The notes under the pieces: generated by a model
Seen by the model: the letters and a program-made list of their open reading frames with translations, nothing else
What the model was told of the DNA's origin: nothing
Databases searched by the model: none
Part shown: positions 21,813-35,000 of the stretch, piece by piece
Position numbering within the stretch: position 1 is the first letter of the stretch
How the letters are laid out: the number at the start of each line of letters is the position of its first letter
Assembly: GCA_973895155.1 (NCBI GenBank)
Contig: OZ316892.1
Location: 882,917 to 946,916 of the forward strand
Source of the DNA: Marsupella aquatica
Taxonomy: Eukaryota > Plantae > Marchantiophyta
Reading direction: 5' to 3'
DNA: 64,000 nt
Made by a program: the position numbers and the translations under genes

Positions 21813-24800
21813 CGTTAATATAGCTAAAAAAGTTTAATAAAGTCTAAATTTAATAATCTAACTACTAAATTATTTATATAATCTATAGCATATTAAAACA
21901 AACAATTTTTTATAACTTAAGAGAAAATCACGACAACGGCTGAAGAAACAGGCCGCAATATTTAAGTGCTTGGCTTCCTCAGGACCAACTCCAATTGGTG
22001 CAACCAAGTTACCTGGTGTAGTACTAGCCGAAGGACAAGCCGAGACACTCACACCGGTGCCAGAGGTAAGTGGCAAGGGGAAGGGCCCAGCTGCCGAACC
22101 AAAGAAGAAGAAGAAGCGGAAACCTTATGGGTCAGGGAGTAATACGGCTCCTCAAGCCGTCGTGACCAAGGAGGTAAACCCAACACCAACCTCAGGCAGG
22201 GTCACGGTAGAGAATCCAACCGCCCTAGAAGGCGGGGATAATGAAGTCGGGGCTAGGATACTCAGTGATGAAGCCGGAGTACCAGATCCATCACTAGAAC
22301 ATGTTGGGGAGGCCGTGGCCGATGCTAAGGCCGAAGCCGAGGGTGGACCCAGTCAGGCCGATGGAGAGTTGACTCGGTCAGGAGCAGGTAATCTGTTAGA
22401 GGCCGGACCTACGGTAGTGGTTGTGGAGGAAGTGTTGGAGGCGTCCATTGAGGACCAGACACCGTTGCCATGACGGTGGTGGAGGGCCGCTCCTTTTAAG
22501 GAGGGCGGACGTGGAGGGAGGAGGCGTGAGTGGGCAGGGCGGGCTCAGATCTGCAAGTTTAGAATTAGGATCAGGACCAAGGGGTGGCCCTGACACTTAG
22601 CTTAGTGGGATTGCGGATCCACTGGTAAGAGCAACACTTGTGCTCCTGCCTCGTTGTACATAGGTAGATTACAGTTAGGTAGATTAGGCTTACGCTGCAA
22701 GGAATTAGGCGGATCCACTACCAGGATAAGTACCTGGGCAACGGGGAGTTCAGGGCCTTCTTCCTTAGCAAGTTCTTAGTGCACTAGCAGGGCTGGGATC
22801 AAGTAGTTAAAGAAGCTCTCGGTTAGTTATATTGTGACCCTTGTATATATTCATGTTTCCTCATACCTAAGAGATGAATAGAGTTGGCCTCACGGCTTAG
22901 TTCACAGATCTTGTATATGAGAAGTACTGTTTGTATGGCAAGTGCATGGTATAACTCAGTCAGAAGGAGTCATTTTGCTATTTGTGTGTCGCATTAACTT
23001 GTTTGAAGATTGCCCACATCAACCAAGAAAGGAGTAAGCAAGGTAGTAAGAGTTGGATGTGTCGAGCTGAGAGAGGTCTTAGCGGCTTACCCAAGCCAGT
23101 TGGGGATCATTCCGGCGGCGGAATCCAAATATACCTAAAGGAAAACCGAGAGGGGAGGACAAGGGAAGGCCGAGAATAGGCCGGCTACGTATCTCATGAC
23201 CCGATGAAGGATCTGTCCAGTATATGTGAGTAAATTGTTAATAGCAATAGTAGTAGAAGGAAGTTAGCAGCGTCCCATGCCGCTAAGCCACAAAATCGGC
23301 CTTGCCAAGTGTAAGTAGTGGGTAATTCCAAAAGCATGAAGAAACTGAAAAATTTTAAAATTTTTATGGTGTTTAGACTGCAATTATTGCTAACTGTAAC
23401 TGAAACAGCATTCAAAGTTACTAAGTTCCTAAGTTACGAGTAAACTCAGTTTACGAGTTTACTAGTTCACTGCTTTACGAGTTATGCCTTAAGAGTTGGC
23501 GACCATGTGATCGTGACATCTTACGACTAGTTCAACGGGACTCCACAACGGATGAAGAGCTCACCTTGAAAGGGAAGGAATGCAAGACATAGGCGCTCAT
23601 TACTGACTTCTCTTCCACCTTACCTCTCAAACTCTGGCCAACTTCAACTGATATTTCATAGATGTCAAATGGAGACTTCGACCTTTCTATTCTAGGATGA
23701 TGAATAGTGATGAGTTCCTGTATCATTATCCCCAAGTATATGCTGCTACCTGCAACAACTATGATGTGATCGGAATGTACAGAGAAGCTCTTCGTATAGA
23801 TTCATGTTATTTGATGAAGAGAATGCCTTTGATGTATCCTGAGAGACAACTGAGATGTCTACCTTACTCTAGAGGATCCCCACACCAAGCTGAGCTGATA
23901 GAGATTACCCAGAATTGAACTATTACCCTTGTGGAGCTACTCGAACCAGAGGACATCCGACAGCAAGCTTGAAGAAGTCTTTAAGTGTTTTTAGTTAAGT
24001 TTAGGAGTAATGCATCTTATCTGATTTTTATAAATATGTTATAAGGCTTTCGAAGCTCTCATACTTCCTCAGTGTATAGTCTGTACCTAGGAAAACCTGC
24101 TGGAAAAATCTTAGAGTTTTTTTACTTATAGTTAGGAAGTTAAAAATAGTTGAATTCCCTAAGTCTTTAACAATATCGCATTACGAGTTACTAGTTTCCG
24201 ATTACGAGTTCCAATAGACAGCCGATTACGAGTTAATAGTTTACTAGTTACGAGTTCATACTTAGCCATTTTTCCGGCTTCTCACTTACTGAATCGTCAT
24301 TTTAACTTTTTGAGGGGTATGAAGAGGCATGTCTCTTCGACCCTGTAACCTCTCACTCTGTAGATTTTGACTATAAGATAGCTTTGCCACTAGTGTAGTT
24401 TATGGTTAAGTTATGAATTTTTGCCTTTTCCTTGTGTTAAACTAGTTGATCATGAATCTATGAGTTCGAGATCAGGTTTAACATTTGGAGAGACTTACCT
24501 CCTACTTGTGTTTTTACCTATGATTATAAACACAGGAAGTAAAATTCCTTTTGTGCAAATCTTTTGAGTTGTAATGATAGATTCCTTGTTGGTGACTCAT
24601 TGCAATCTCTTGAGTTCTTAGAGTTAACTCACCGAGTTTAAGTCTTATTAAAATTCATGGATTTTCTTTCATGTTGCTTAGTACCATCTAAATGTTGAAG
24701 TAGCTACCTTTTAGATCTTATCTAAGTACCACTTAGAAAGAAAGGATAAGACATGTTGACGGCATTTTAAAGGAGTACTCTAGTAAGCAATTTAGATCTG

Positions 24801-25543
24801 AAAAGCAATATGGATTTGTATCCTTAAGTCTTTTCATTTTGACTTATGTCTAAGGAGTAACCTTGGTCTATTCCAGACTCCCTTAGCATACTTCGAGATA
24901 TTTTTCCTTGTGTTTTGTTAATCATTTCCTTTTCATTAATTTATGGTTACATGATGCTGAGTTGTCATTGAAAACCACTCACCGCTGTGGAGCGATCTTC
25001 AAAATACCTTATTAAAGTAATCAATTCTGATTACTATGTGTTAAAGAGAGTTCTTAAACTCTCATTTGTGTTTTTATGTATCAAATCAACCCCATCTTGT
25101 TCTTTACGGGAACTAATACCGAGTTTGAAGACCTTTAAGTGTGATTTTGGTTCTTCATAGCAAACTACACCAAGAGCAAAACCTGTGGGAATCGGCTTGA
25201 GCATAGGGGTTTCTTGGGTGAAGGGAGCCATGGGACGCACCACAGACAACATAGACTATACCTATCATATCATGTTCATAAGAAATACATGGTATGAGTA
25301 CAAGCGAGGTAGACTGCCTCGTTAAAAAACTTTTATCAACTCTAGCTATGTAAAAACTCTACCAGTGTAGCAGAGAAAAAGTATGAGTGCTAAAGGAAAA
25401 AGAGTGCAACCTAACAGTCCTCGTCGTAATAAATGTCAATACTATATGAAGTTAGATGCTATAGTAAATTTAGCTTCAGGAATTATCTTGAGAGTAAGTC
25501 GTCAGTAGTATCAATCACGGTGTAGCAGTAGCTTCCACAATCA

Positions 25544-28500
25544 TCATGCATCGCACACTCCACAGTCCAATCGCCTGGCAGTGTCGGTGATGAACGGCTG
25601 GTGATAGTGATTTGGTAAAGAGATCCGCACAGTTGTCTGCAAAATATTGATCTCTGTTCCATGTAATTCATGGGTGTAGAAAAACTTTGGAGCTATGTGC
25701 TTCACTCGATTGCCTTTGATGAATCCTTTCGTAATCTGCTGTATACATGTTGCGATATCCTCAACGATATTAGTAGGCTTTGTTAGTTTGGGTAGACCGC
25801 ATTTAGTATTGATATGATTTATAAAAGATCGTAACCAAACGGCTTCACGACTAGCCTCATGTAGAGCTAAAATCTCTGAGTGATTTGATGAGGTTGCTGT
25901 TAGGGTCTGTTTCACACTTTTCCAAGAAAAAGCGATATCCCCTATAGTAAAAACATATCTGGTTTGGGATTTTGTTGTGTTAGTGTCGGAAAGATATCCG
26001 GTGTCCGCATATCCTTTGAGTTTGTGGTTTGTACCGAATGGGTAAAATAACCCGGTATCAGTGGTGCCACGCAAGTATCTAAATATGTGTTTAACTCCGT
26101 TCCAGTGTCTGGCTGTGGGGGTTGCACTATGCCTAGCTAGTAAGTTAACTGCAAATGCAATGTCTGGTCGGGTCTGATTTGCTAGGTACATTAATGCTCC
26201 TATCACGGAAAGATACGGAGTTTCCGGTACTAATATTGGTTCATGTTCTTCTCGCTTGCGGAAAACATCAATATTGTTTTCTAATGAACGTACCACCATT
26301 GGTGACGTCAATAGGTGTGCTAGGTTCATATTGAACTGTTTTAGGATCTTTTCAGTTTGTGTTGTCTGATGGAGCATCATGCCAGTGGGTAGGATCTCTA
26401 GTTGTAAACCTAAACAAAAGTTTGTATGGCCAAGGTCTTTCATCTCAAATGTTGTTTTGAGACGAGTAATAATATCTTCTGTAATTTGGGGTGTCCCAAA
26501 TATGTTTAAGTCATCAACATAAATAGAAATGATGACAAATTCGTCATCCATATGTTTAATAAATAAACATGGAGTAATTACATCATGAGAAAAACCCATG
26601 ACAATCATTTCATCAGTGAATCTTTGATACCATACTTTGCCGCTTTGTTTCAGGCCATATAATGCCTTTGACACGCGGATATCTAGTCCGCGACGAGTAT
26701 TCCGTACGGCTGACACAGGGTTGTCATTGTTATGAGTTACATGTGTAGATGACACATGAGATGTAATTTGAGGTAATTGGTTTCTAATCTTATGTAAATA
26801 TGGAATATGCGATGTAGCGTCTTGAGCTAAAGCTCGGCGACGTTGCTCCAACTCGGGAGGTGATCGCATATATAGACAAGTGTCTAAAGTTCCATATAGG
26901 TATGCGGTCGCAACATCCAGTTATCGCATCTGAAGTTTATGGAAAATGGCAAATCCGATAAGGTATCGGAATGTTGTGCTATCCATAACCGGTGAGTAAG
27001 TTTCATCATAATGAATTCCCTGTTGTTGGGTAAATCCTTTCCCTACCAGACGTGCTTTGTAGCGTACAACCTGGCCTTTATCATTTATTTTGCAGACGAA
27101 GGTCCACTTGTAGCCAATGAGGTGTACGTCTTGCGGTGTTGGCTCAACTGGGCCAAAAGTGTGTCTGCTTAGTAGGGAATCTAATTCTTCGTTGATAGCT
27201 TTTTGCCATTCAGGCCAATCTGGTCTGTTTTGGCATTCTAAGATGGAGAGTGGTTTAGGTGTATCATCATTGATATGGGTTGCCACCATTAATGCAAAAG
27301 TATCATCTATTGAAGTAGTATTTCTATCCCACATAGCACCTGTGTGTGCCTAGTGGATAGAGATCTCTTCATGACTTGTAGAGTCAGTATGATCGACATC
27401 AGGTGAAGGAGGGATAGATGAACCACGCCTTCTTGGTTGTTTATCTTTTGATCCCAAGGGTCTGCCACGTTTGGCACGAGGATGGGGTGTACTTGCTGGC
27501 TCACTTGATAATTTGATGCGAGTGGATGCTCTCGCAGCTGGAATATGTGAGCGGGTAACTTGTGATGTATCGACAAAAGCGTCAGGAAGTTCTTCCACAA
27601 TCTTGTGGAGTTGCAAAATTTGCTGAACTTTTTTCTCCCCCTGATTGGTTCTAATGTCTTGCCAAAATGGCGAATGTCTCTCCCACTCCAAAGGTGGTTG
27701 TGGGTGTTTAGGGGTTATTAATGGTGGATAAACATGTTCATCAAAATGGCAATATAAAAATCTGGCTTTAAAAACATCGCCCATTGTAGGCTCCATATAT
27801 CTGATGATGGACGGTGAGTCGAATCCGATATATATCCCCAACTGTCGTTGGGGTCCCATCTTGGTTCGTTTGGATGGAGTAATGGGGACCATTACTTGAC
27901 ATCCAAATGAATGAAGATGGGATAGATCGGGTTTGATACCGTTAGCAATTTGGTATGGACTATAAGTATTGAAAGCTGATGGGCGGTATTGAATTAATGC
28001 GTTAGCCTGTAATATGGCATGTTCCCATGCTGAGACGGGGAGTTTTGATTGCATTAGTAGTGGGCGTGCAATTAGCTGAAGGCGTTTAATGACAGCTTCA
28101 ACTAATCCATTCTGAAAATGCACGTGGGGTACAGGATATTGTACATCAATACCTAGTGATGTATAGAAGTCGTCAAATATTTTGGATGTGAATTCCCCCG
28201 CATTGTCCACCCTTAGTGTTTTAATGGTGTGATCGGGAAATTTTGCCTTCACGCGCAAGATTTGCGCCAAGATGCGAGGCATAACCATGTTCCTCATTGA
28301 AAGCAGGGTCACATTTGACCATTTGGTTGATGCATCGATCAATACCATAAAGTAGCGGAATGGTCCGCTCGGTGGGTTAATTGGCCCGCAAACATCCGCA
28401 TGTATGATATCCAAGAATTTTGGTATCTTGGTTGGCAATTTTGATGCCGTGGGCCTTGTTATTAATTTTCCGCGTGAGCATGCAGTGCATGGGGTGCTAG

Positions 28501-28753
28501 CTGGAATGTGGCGTATATTGGTTGGAATGCCGCATGAATTCTTAATAATTTTGCTTAGCATGGATTGACCGGGGTGGCTGAGGCGTGCATGCCAGAGCGT
28601 GAGCAATTCACTTGATTGTGCATTATTATGCAAACATTCAATTTGAGTTATGTAAAACCCGCATGGGTACAAGAAAAGAGTTTCTTTAATGATTTTCCCC
28701 GTAGGGGTCCACGTGGATTACTTCCTGGTCTTTTGTATCGCCTGTCTGGACGT
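25544..28753 (-). pseudogene. pol: Bianca Copia pol (integrase, reverse transcriptase, RNase H)
   Basis: WHARLSHPG..CTAC, IHADVCGPI, RVDNAGEF, RYKARLVGKGF, IYVDDLNIF, GYADTGY; stops and frameshifts. Confidence 0.9.
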
Positions 28754-29583
28754 TGTCGTGCCGAAAGATTTCGGCTCAGGAATGGCTTTTATAGGGGATG
28801 ATGGGCGAGGCCTCTCGGTTGGGTTGCGTGCATGCTGACTCGGAGGGGCTGCTTGGTTGGATGGATTGAGGTTTGGTGATTGGATGACTTGTTGTCACCA
28901 GGTTTGGTGTTTGGGTGAGTCACCAGGCTTGGAGTTTGGATGAGCCTCGCTGTTGGCAGCTGGCTCAGGCTGGATGGTTGGGTTTCCGATGCTACTTAAG
29001 ACTTGAGCCTCGGCTCATTGAGGTTGGCAGTTGTCTATTGAGGTCTATTGAGTAGCGTTCTATGAGTTCCACTCTGTTCTGCAGAACTCGACTGTTGTGC
29101 GGCGGTTTTGGAGTTCTGAGTGAGTTTTCAATCTAGGTGGGGAGTTTTCGATCCAGACGGGGAATTTCTCGAGTCTGGAGTCTCATTGATCCAGGCGGGG
29201 ATTTCTCAAGTTTGGAGTCTTGTTGATCTAGGCGAGGATTTCTTGAGTTTGGAGCCTCGTTGGTCTAGGCCCGAGTTCCGTGTGAGCTGTTTTAGACTAG
29301 TGGAGTAGCTAGTCGAGTTTTGGTTTTGTGAGCTAAGGAGGATAGTTTTTCCGTCAGATTTTGAGTAGTTAGTCACTCGAGGAGTTCTACTCGATAAGTA
29401 GGGCCAGCTACCAGACTCTTGCGGGCAAGCTTACTCGAGGGCACCTATTTTAATCTTTGTGAGAAAAGTAAAAAAATATAAAGGAGTGAGAGTTCACTCC
29501 GAAAAGTGCTTGTCACCTATCCTGATCGCAGCCAGAAATGCGTAGTTTGCCCGAGGAGCCCCTAACTTTAAGTCCTCACGACA
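28754..29583 (+). repeat. 5' LTR of Gypsy element
   Basis: Direct repeat of 35457-36307 apart from substitutions and one ~21-bp indel. Confidence 0.95.
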
Positions 29584-29584
29584 T

Positions 29585-29602
29585 TGGCGACCATACTAGG
29601 GA
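29585..29602 (+). promoter_or_regulatory. Primer binding site
   Basis: TGGCGACCATACTAGGGA starting 1 nt after the LTR end; tRNA identity not determined. Confidence 0.75.
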
Positions 29603-29622
29603 TTCCTTGGGGCAATTGGATG

Positions 29623-32051
29623 AGATGGGTGACTATGAAAAAGTCGATCGGATATCAAGCATCGTCATGTCAATGATGAGAACCATAAGGAAGGAAGAGC
29701 TTGAGTCAGAAAGGGCAAACAGGGAAGCGAATAGAACTACTCGGTGTCTCCAAGAGGTTCTGAAGGAGAATGGGCAGTTCGATGGGAGAAATGTGACAAG
29801 CTACCTTAAGTCTTACTTGACAGAAATAGCTGTCTACAAGTTGGACAAAGGGACGGCCGTGAAAGAGTTCATGGTGCTGGTTGAGAAGGAGTTGAGTTCA
29901 ACGGTGCGGACCATCGTTGAGTCAGCTGAGGGCTGGGATGACTTCGACCAAAAGATGAAAGAGGAGTTCCAAGCGGAGGATGCTGATCGGGTCACGCAGG
30001 CTACCTTCTTGGATTGGGTGAATGACAGGAATAAGAAGCTGAAGGGGCCGCAAGAGCTCCTAAGGGAGTTCAAGAGAAGGGTGTCTCAGTTACCGAAGCG
30101 AGATGTGGGAATCATCGAGTTGCAGCGCTCGACGCTCTTCTTGAGGGCAGCCGATGAGGACCTTCAAGAGGAGCTTGAGAACGCGATGGAGCTGCTGGAA
30201 CCTTCGAGAGTTACCTTGTGTAACGACTGGAACCAAGTTGAGAAAGCGGTATCGAAAGTGAGCAATCGACACCGGCGGCGAGAGCTAGACAAGGAGGCTA
30301 CCACTCTTGACCTAAGGCCGTCGGAACCGATATTGAGGAAAGGGAAGCGAGAACTAGCAGAGGATGAGATCAAACCATCGATGGATGATCTTGCAAAAAT
30401 GATGCAGAACCTGAAGATCTTGGCGGCACATGCGGTCAAGAATCCAAAACCAAGGGTTGCGAGTGCTCCCGAGAGGAAGCAAGAGATGCAGAGTTGGCCA
30501 TGCATGTGGTGCGATAGCAAAGAGCATGACAAACGAGAGTGCCTGGACCTGAGGGAAGTTGCGGATATAGGGCTGATCAAGTTCGTCGGTGAAGTTGGTC
30601 AGAAAAAGATATCGTTTGCCAATACTGAGGAGCCGATTCCATTCAACTCCAACAAGGGAGGCATGAAGGCTTTGGCTGAGAAGCGAGCTGGGAAGCGAGT
30701 CAAAGAGGCATCCTCTTCGCACCTGGAAGTGAATGTTTACAATGTGGAGTTGGATGGCCCCGTGACGGAAACGGACAAGTTTTACAAGCGCTTGGCAGAT
30801 TTGGTGCGAGAGAGATCCAGATGGAGTGACCCGGTGCTGATCAATGCGATAACGGTTGAGGTCGGGGCTAGTTGGGATGCCTCGGTCGAGTCAAAAAGGA
30901 AGAAAACCAACGAGGATGACACTCCATCTCAATCAGGATAACGAGAGAGGCGGGATACTCGAGACAAGGAAAGGAGGGTTAGGTTCAAAGAAGAGGAAAT
31001 GAGCGAGAAAGAGCTGGAGAAAGGGAAACCGATCAAGAAGGACCCAGGCTGGGTGCTTGGCAGGGACGTGGACCAAGCGATGTACCCGGAGGTTGTAGCT
31101 GAGAAGTTCTGGAGCCAACAGGCTCAAGGGTTTACCAACGTCGAGTTCTTTGGTAGTATGAGGCGGGAGATCCAGGAAGCAATCTTGGAGAGATCCAAGA
31201 GGAAACGGATTTACAAAGAGGGCCCTCACACCTTGATGGGGGAGGCTGGCGAGACGGAAATTGGGAGTTTTCAAACTTACACTGCTGGGGTGTCCATGGG
31301 TTCAGGTAGTAAGCTTGCTGGCCCCGAAGAGTCAAACTTGGGGGAACCGAAGAGGGTCAAGTCCCTTGAAGAGGAGCTCATGAACTTGGACAATGAGTTC
31401 TTTGATGCGGAAGAGGAGCTCATGGGAACCGGAAGCGAAGCTGAGTCTGTGGCAAACAGGGACCCGATCGAAGGGGGAGAACGGGAAAGCATTACCGCGC
31501 AGTCGAGGACCATTCATGTCATGGGCTCAATGAAAGGAAACGGTTATGCTTACCGAGATGGATACTGGGCTCGAGCAAGTCCAAAGAGCGAGTGCCAGTT
31601 GGAAGGAATGGAAGGCAAGGTGCGGGCGCTCATTGATACTGGCTTGGAGATCAACTTGATGGATCCAAAGGTGTTTCAAAAGGGGAATTGGCCGGTGGAC
31701 AATGAGTTGCTTTGGAGTGTGAACTCGGTGAGTTCAATGAAGGACTATCTTTGGGGCGGATGTCCAAATGTGATGGTGAAGTTCAGGAATGTCAAGCAGG
31801 CTTGTAACATTTTTGTTCATGAGCACTTGTCATTTCCGGTGATACTGGGCATGCCGTTCATCACTGAATGGAGGATGGAGACAAAGGTTCTGGATGATAC
31901 TACCTTCATGGTGAAGGTTCGGAGCAAAGATGGGAAAGAGGTGGTTCAATTTCTGGCTGTTTTACCTGGAAATGAGAGGAATAGGAAAGGGTTGAGGACT
32001 GAGAGTGCCGACTCTCGTCCAGATCCAAAAAACAGCTTGGCACTTTGCTGA
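29623..32051 (+). pseudogene. gag: Gypsy ORF1: gag plus aspartic protease (one in-frame stop at 30939)
   Basis: FDGRNVTSYL gag start, CMWCDSKEHDKREC zinc knuckle, ALIDTGLEINLM protease motif in the same frame. Confidence 0.85.
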
Positions 32052-32074
32052 AAAGAGTGGATCGGTGGAGTGCT
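32027..32074 (+). promoter_or_regulatory. Putative programmed -1 ribosomal frameshift signal
   Basis: In-phase slippery heptamer A AAA AAC at 32027-32033, then a 13-bp stem 32039-32051/32062-32074; the -1 frame continues into pol. Confidence 0.7.
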
Positions 32075-35000
32075 CATTCCTTAGCTCCTTGTGAAGGGGA
32101 AAACATGATGGATAATGGAGAGGAAGAGCCACTCGAATGTGCGGAGTCTAACTTGGGAAGGGACAAGCTGGAGAAGGAGTTGGAAAGGCAGTACTCGTCT
32201 ATGGCCGTGCTTGTATACTCGAGTACCAAATACAAGACGGTCGACAAGAAGGTGAGGCCGGCAGCGATACCTTTGCCGGACGATGTGATGGAGGTTATGG
32301 ATCGAGCAAGATTGGAACCAAGGCTGAGGCCAACTGATCAGATAGGGCATAAGAGAGTTTGGCAAAGCTGAAGATTGGTTCGGATGGGTTACTTACGGAG
32401 GTGGAGCAAGTGGCATTTCAAAAAATGATAATGGAGCATGGCAAGGCATTCTCGTTTTTGATTGAGGAGATTGGTTGTGCGGATCCGAGTAAGGTGACAC
32501 CGATGGTCATCTTTACTGTCCCTCATGTTCCGTGGGATCTGAAACTGATTTTGGTTCCGCGGGCTTTAGCTCCAAAGCTTGCGGAACTGCTTAAGGAGAA
32601 GCTGAGTGCTAGGATTTTTGAGAGGTCTGATGCTCCCTACTTGAACAGATGGTTTACGGTGAGAAAGAAGAATGGAAGCTTGAGGTTCATTCAGGATATG
32701 CAACCTCCGAACAAGGTGACCATTAGGAATGTGGGAGTTGGGCCACTCGTGGATGAGTTTGCGGAGGAGTTTGCTGGGAGGGCGATCTACTCCATGGGTG
32801 ATTTGTTTTCAGGTTAAGACCAGTTCCAGTTGGCGCAAGAGAGCCGAGACATTATGACTATGAGGACCCCGTTGGGCCTCTTGAGGATGTGCACTCTTCC
32901 TCAAGGGGCGACGAACTCAGTTGCACACATGCAAAATATGATGAGTAAAATCTTGGAGCCGTTCATTCCGGAAAAAGCGAGACCATTCATTGATGATGTC
33001 CCGATAAAGGGGTGCTTGGCTGAAGGGAAGGATGAGACCTTGAGGAGTGATGGGATCCGACAGTTTGTGTGGGATCACATTGCGGATGTTAAGGCGGTTC
33101 TCGAGAAGCTGATTGATGTGGGAGTCACTCTTTTGGGGGAGAAATCTGAATTCAGGATGAAAGAGGTGAAAGTCATTGGGAAAATATGCGGATCCTATGG
33201 AAGGAAGCCGAACATGGATAAGGTAAGAGCTATTAGCGAGATGAAGGATTGCGAATTGGTGTCGGAAGTTTGAAGGTTTTTGGGTGCTTGTGTCTTTTAC
33301 AAGATCTGGATCCCTCACTTCTCGCACCTGGCAGACCCGCTCTATGAGCTGTTGAGGAAAAAGGTTAAGTGGAGATGGCTACCCGAGCATAGTGAAGCAA
33401 TGGCTAAGCTTAAGAGCGCTCTCATGAGCCCGCCAGTTCTCCGAGCTGCAGACTATGAGAGCGAGCGACCACTGATCATGACTGTTGATGTGAGTCCATT
33501 CACAGCCGGGTGGGCTGTTGGGCAAGATGACAAGAATGGGGAAAGGTATGCGATCAGATTTGGGGCGAAATTTTTTACGGAAAGGCAAAGGAGATATGCC
33601 CAAGTTAAGAGGGAGCTTTGGGGTGCCAAGGTGGCACTCCATCAGGAGAGAAACTATTTGATTGGGGCGTCGGTGGTGGTTGAGATTGATTGCCAATCGC
33701 TGCTAGGGATGATTGCAAATTGTGACACACCTGACATAGCGATGCTCAGGTGGATCGCTTTCATTCGGATGTTCAACCCTGAGCTAAGTCACATTACGGG
33801 AAAGGATAATCCGGTTGCCGACATGCTGTCAAGTGCGAGATTCGGAAATGAGTGACTGGAACCAAAAGTGTTGGAAGTCTAGAGTTCAAGGAAAAACTCT
33901 ACTCGGGAGAGTTGCTGGATATCGGGCGTTACATTAGCACTTTGGAGAAGCAACCAGAGTGGAGTTATCAGGAGTTCGTCAAGATCCGAAAGAGATCTTA
34001 CAAGTTCCTATTGAGGGAGGGCTACTTGTGGCGAAGGCATAAAGACCCAAGTCAATTGTTGCAGAGGGTTGTGGATACTAAGGATGAGAAAGACCGAATT
34101 CTCAAAGAGAGCCATGATGCTGACATGGCTGGGCACAAAGGGGTGCATTTGACTTACGAGAGGGTTTGGAAGCTGTACTAGTGGCCAGGTTTATACTTGG
34201 CCGTTCAGACTATGTCGAGACTTGCGAGATTTGCCAGTTTTACTCGAGGATCCGACATAGGGATGGATTGGTTCCGACTTACCCCGTGGCTCTACACTTT
34301 CAATGGGCTGTTGATGTGGTGTACATGCCGAGAGAGAGCAATGGGGCGAGATACTTGGTTTTGGCGAGAGAAGACTTGTCTTCTTATGTGGAAGGGAGAG
34401 CGTTGGTTTCGAACACTACTACTGTCGTTTGCCAGTTCATACTTGAGAATATCATTGCAAGGCATGGGTGCTTTACAAGGATCAGAGCTGATAGGGGGGA
34501 GCTCAGCTCCAAGGAAGCGCAAGAGTTTTTCGACCAATACTGCATCAAACTGAAGCTGACTTTGAGTTACAATCCGGAAGGCAATGGGGAATCTGAAAGG
34601 GGGCACATCCAGATTGTGGGCGCTTTGGCTAAGGCTTGTGATGGGGACTTGGGCAGGTGGTCGAGTCTCCTTCCACTTGCTTTGTTAGCGGATTGGATGA
34701 CTTGTAGCTCAGTGACCGGATACGGTCCGACTGAGTTACTTACTGGGCACTTGCCGATGATGCCACTCGAGGAAGATGTTTGCAGCTGGCGACTGATTGG
34801 ATGGAAAGATGAAGTTTTGAGAGAGGAGTTGCTGGCTCGAATTCGAACACTTCAACTTGTTACCCGCGAAGATTGAGATGGCTCGGAAGCAATTGAAGAT
34901 GGCAAGGTTAAGGAACAAGGGCAGGTTCAACAGGACTCATCGGTTGAGGCTTGTCTTGGTTAAGGAAGGGGATTGGGTTCTGGTTTACGAAAGTAAGTTG

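Larger units (their letters stand above)
20791..21935 (-). mobile_element. Solo LTR, smORF-encoding Gypsy LTR family (copy 3)
   Basis: Minus strand TGTCGTGATT...CCCGGACA; flanks gcag/acgg both derivable from GCGG, which restores the host frame; TATAAATA at 21497-21504 (-). Confidence 0.8.
16445..22473 (+). pseudogene. Accessory ORF X copy 2 (roughly 1100 codons reconstructed), split by two solo LTRs
   Basis: Frame is restored after removing 17034-18492 (REEDACFT|AMQTQKYQG) and 20791-21935 (ENQTE|RLKKQAA); N-terminal domain, Transposase_32-like domain (LPW..EFVGSW..RVYG...VFGLP), Pro-rich linker, coiled coil, KKKKKRK NLS-like motif. Confidence 0.75.
16078..23196 (+). mobile_element. ORF X host element 2 (long LTR-like unit, about 4.5 kb without nested solo LTRs)
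   Basis: Imperfect terminal inverted repeats TGTGATGCCTAGCC...GGCTACGTATCTCA; flanks caatc/tgacc differ only by transitions; contains only ORF X, no gag or pol. Confidence 0.45.

Noticed and set aside
17034-21935. A single DNA transposon (MULE/foldback) with ~900-bp terminal inverted repeats
   Set aside because: Each arm has its own TGTC...GACA ends and target-site duplication, and the host ORF X frame is restored by removing each arm separately; they are two solo LTRs
23197-25259. Short ORF 23697-23918 and ttacgagtt micro-repeats as a distinct element
   Set aside because: Probably TE-derived, but no termini, TSD or homolog within the window
29120-29308. ORF shared by both LTRs of the 28754-36307 Gypsy as another LTR-encoded protein
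   Set aside because: GTG start, overlies a degenerate internal repeat, and no independent diverged homolog; sharing is explained by LTR identity
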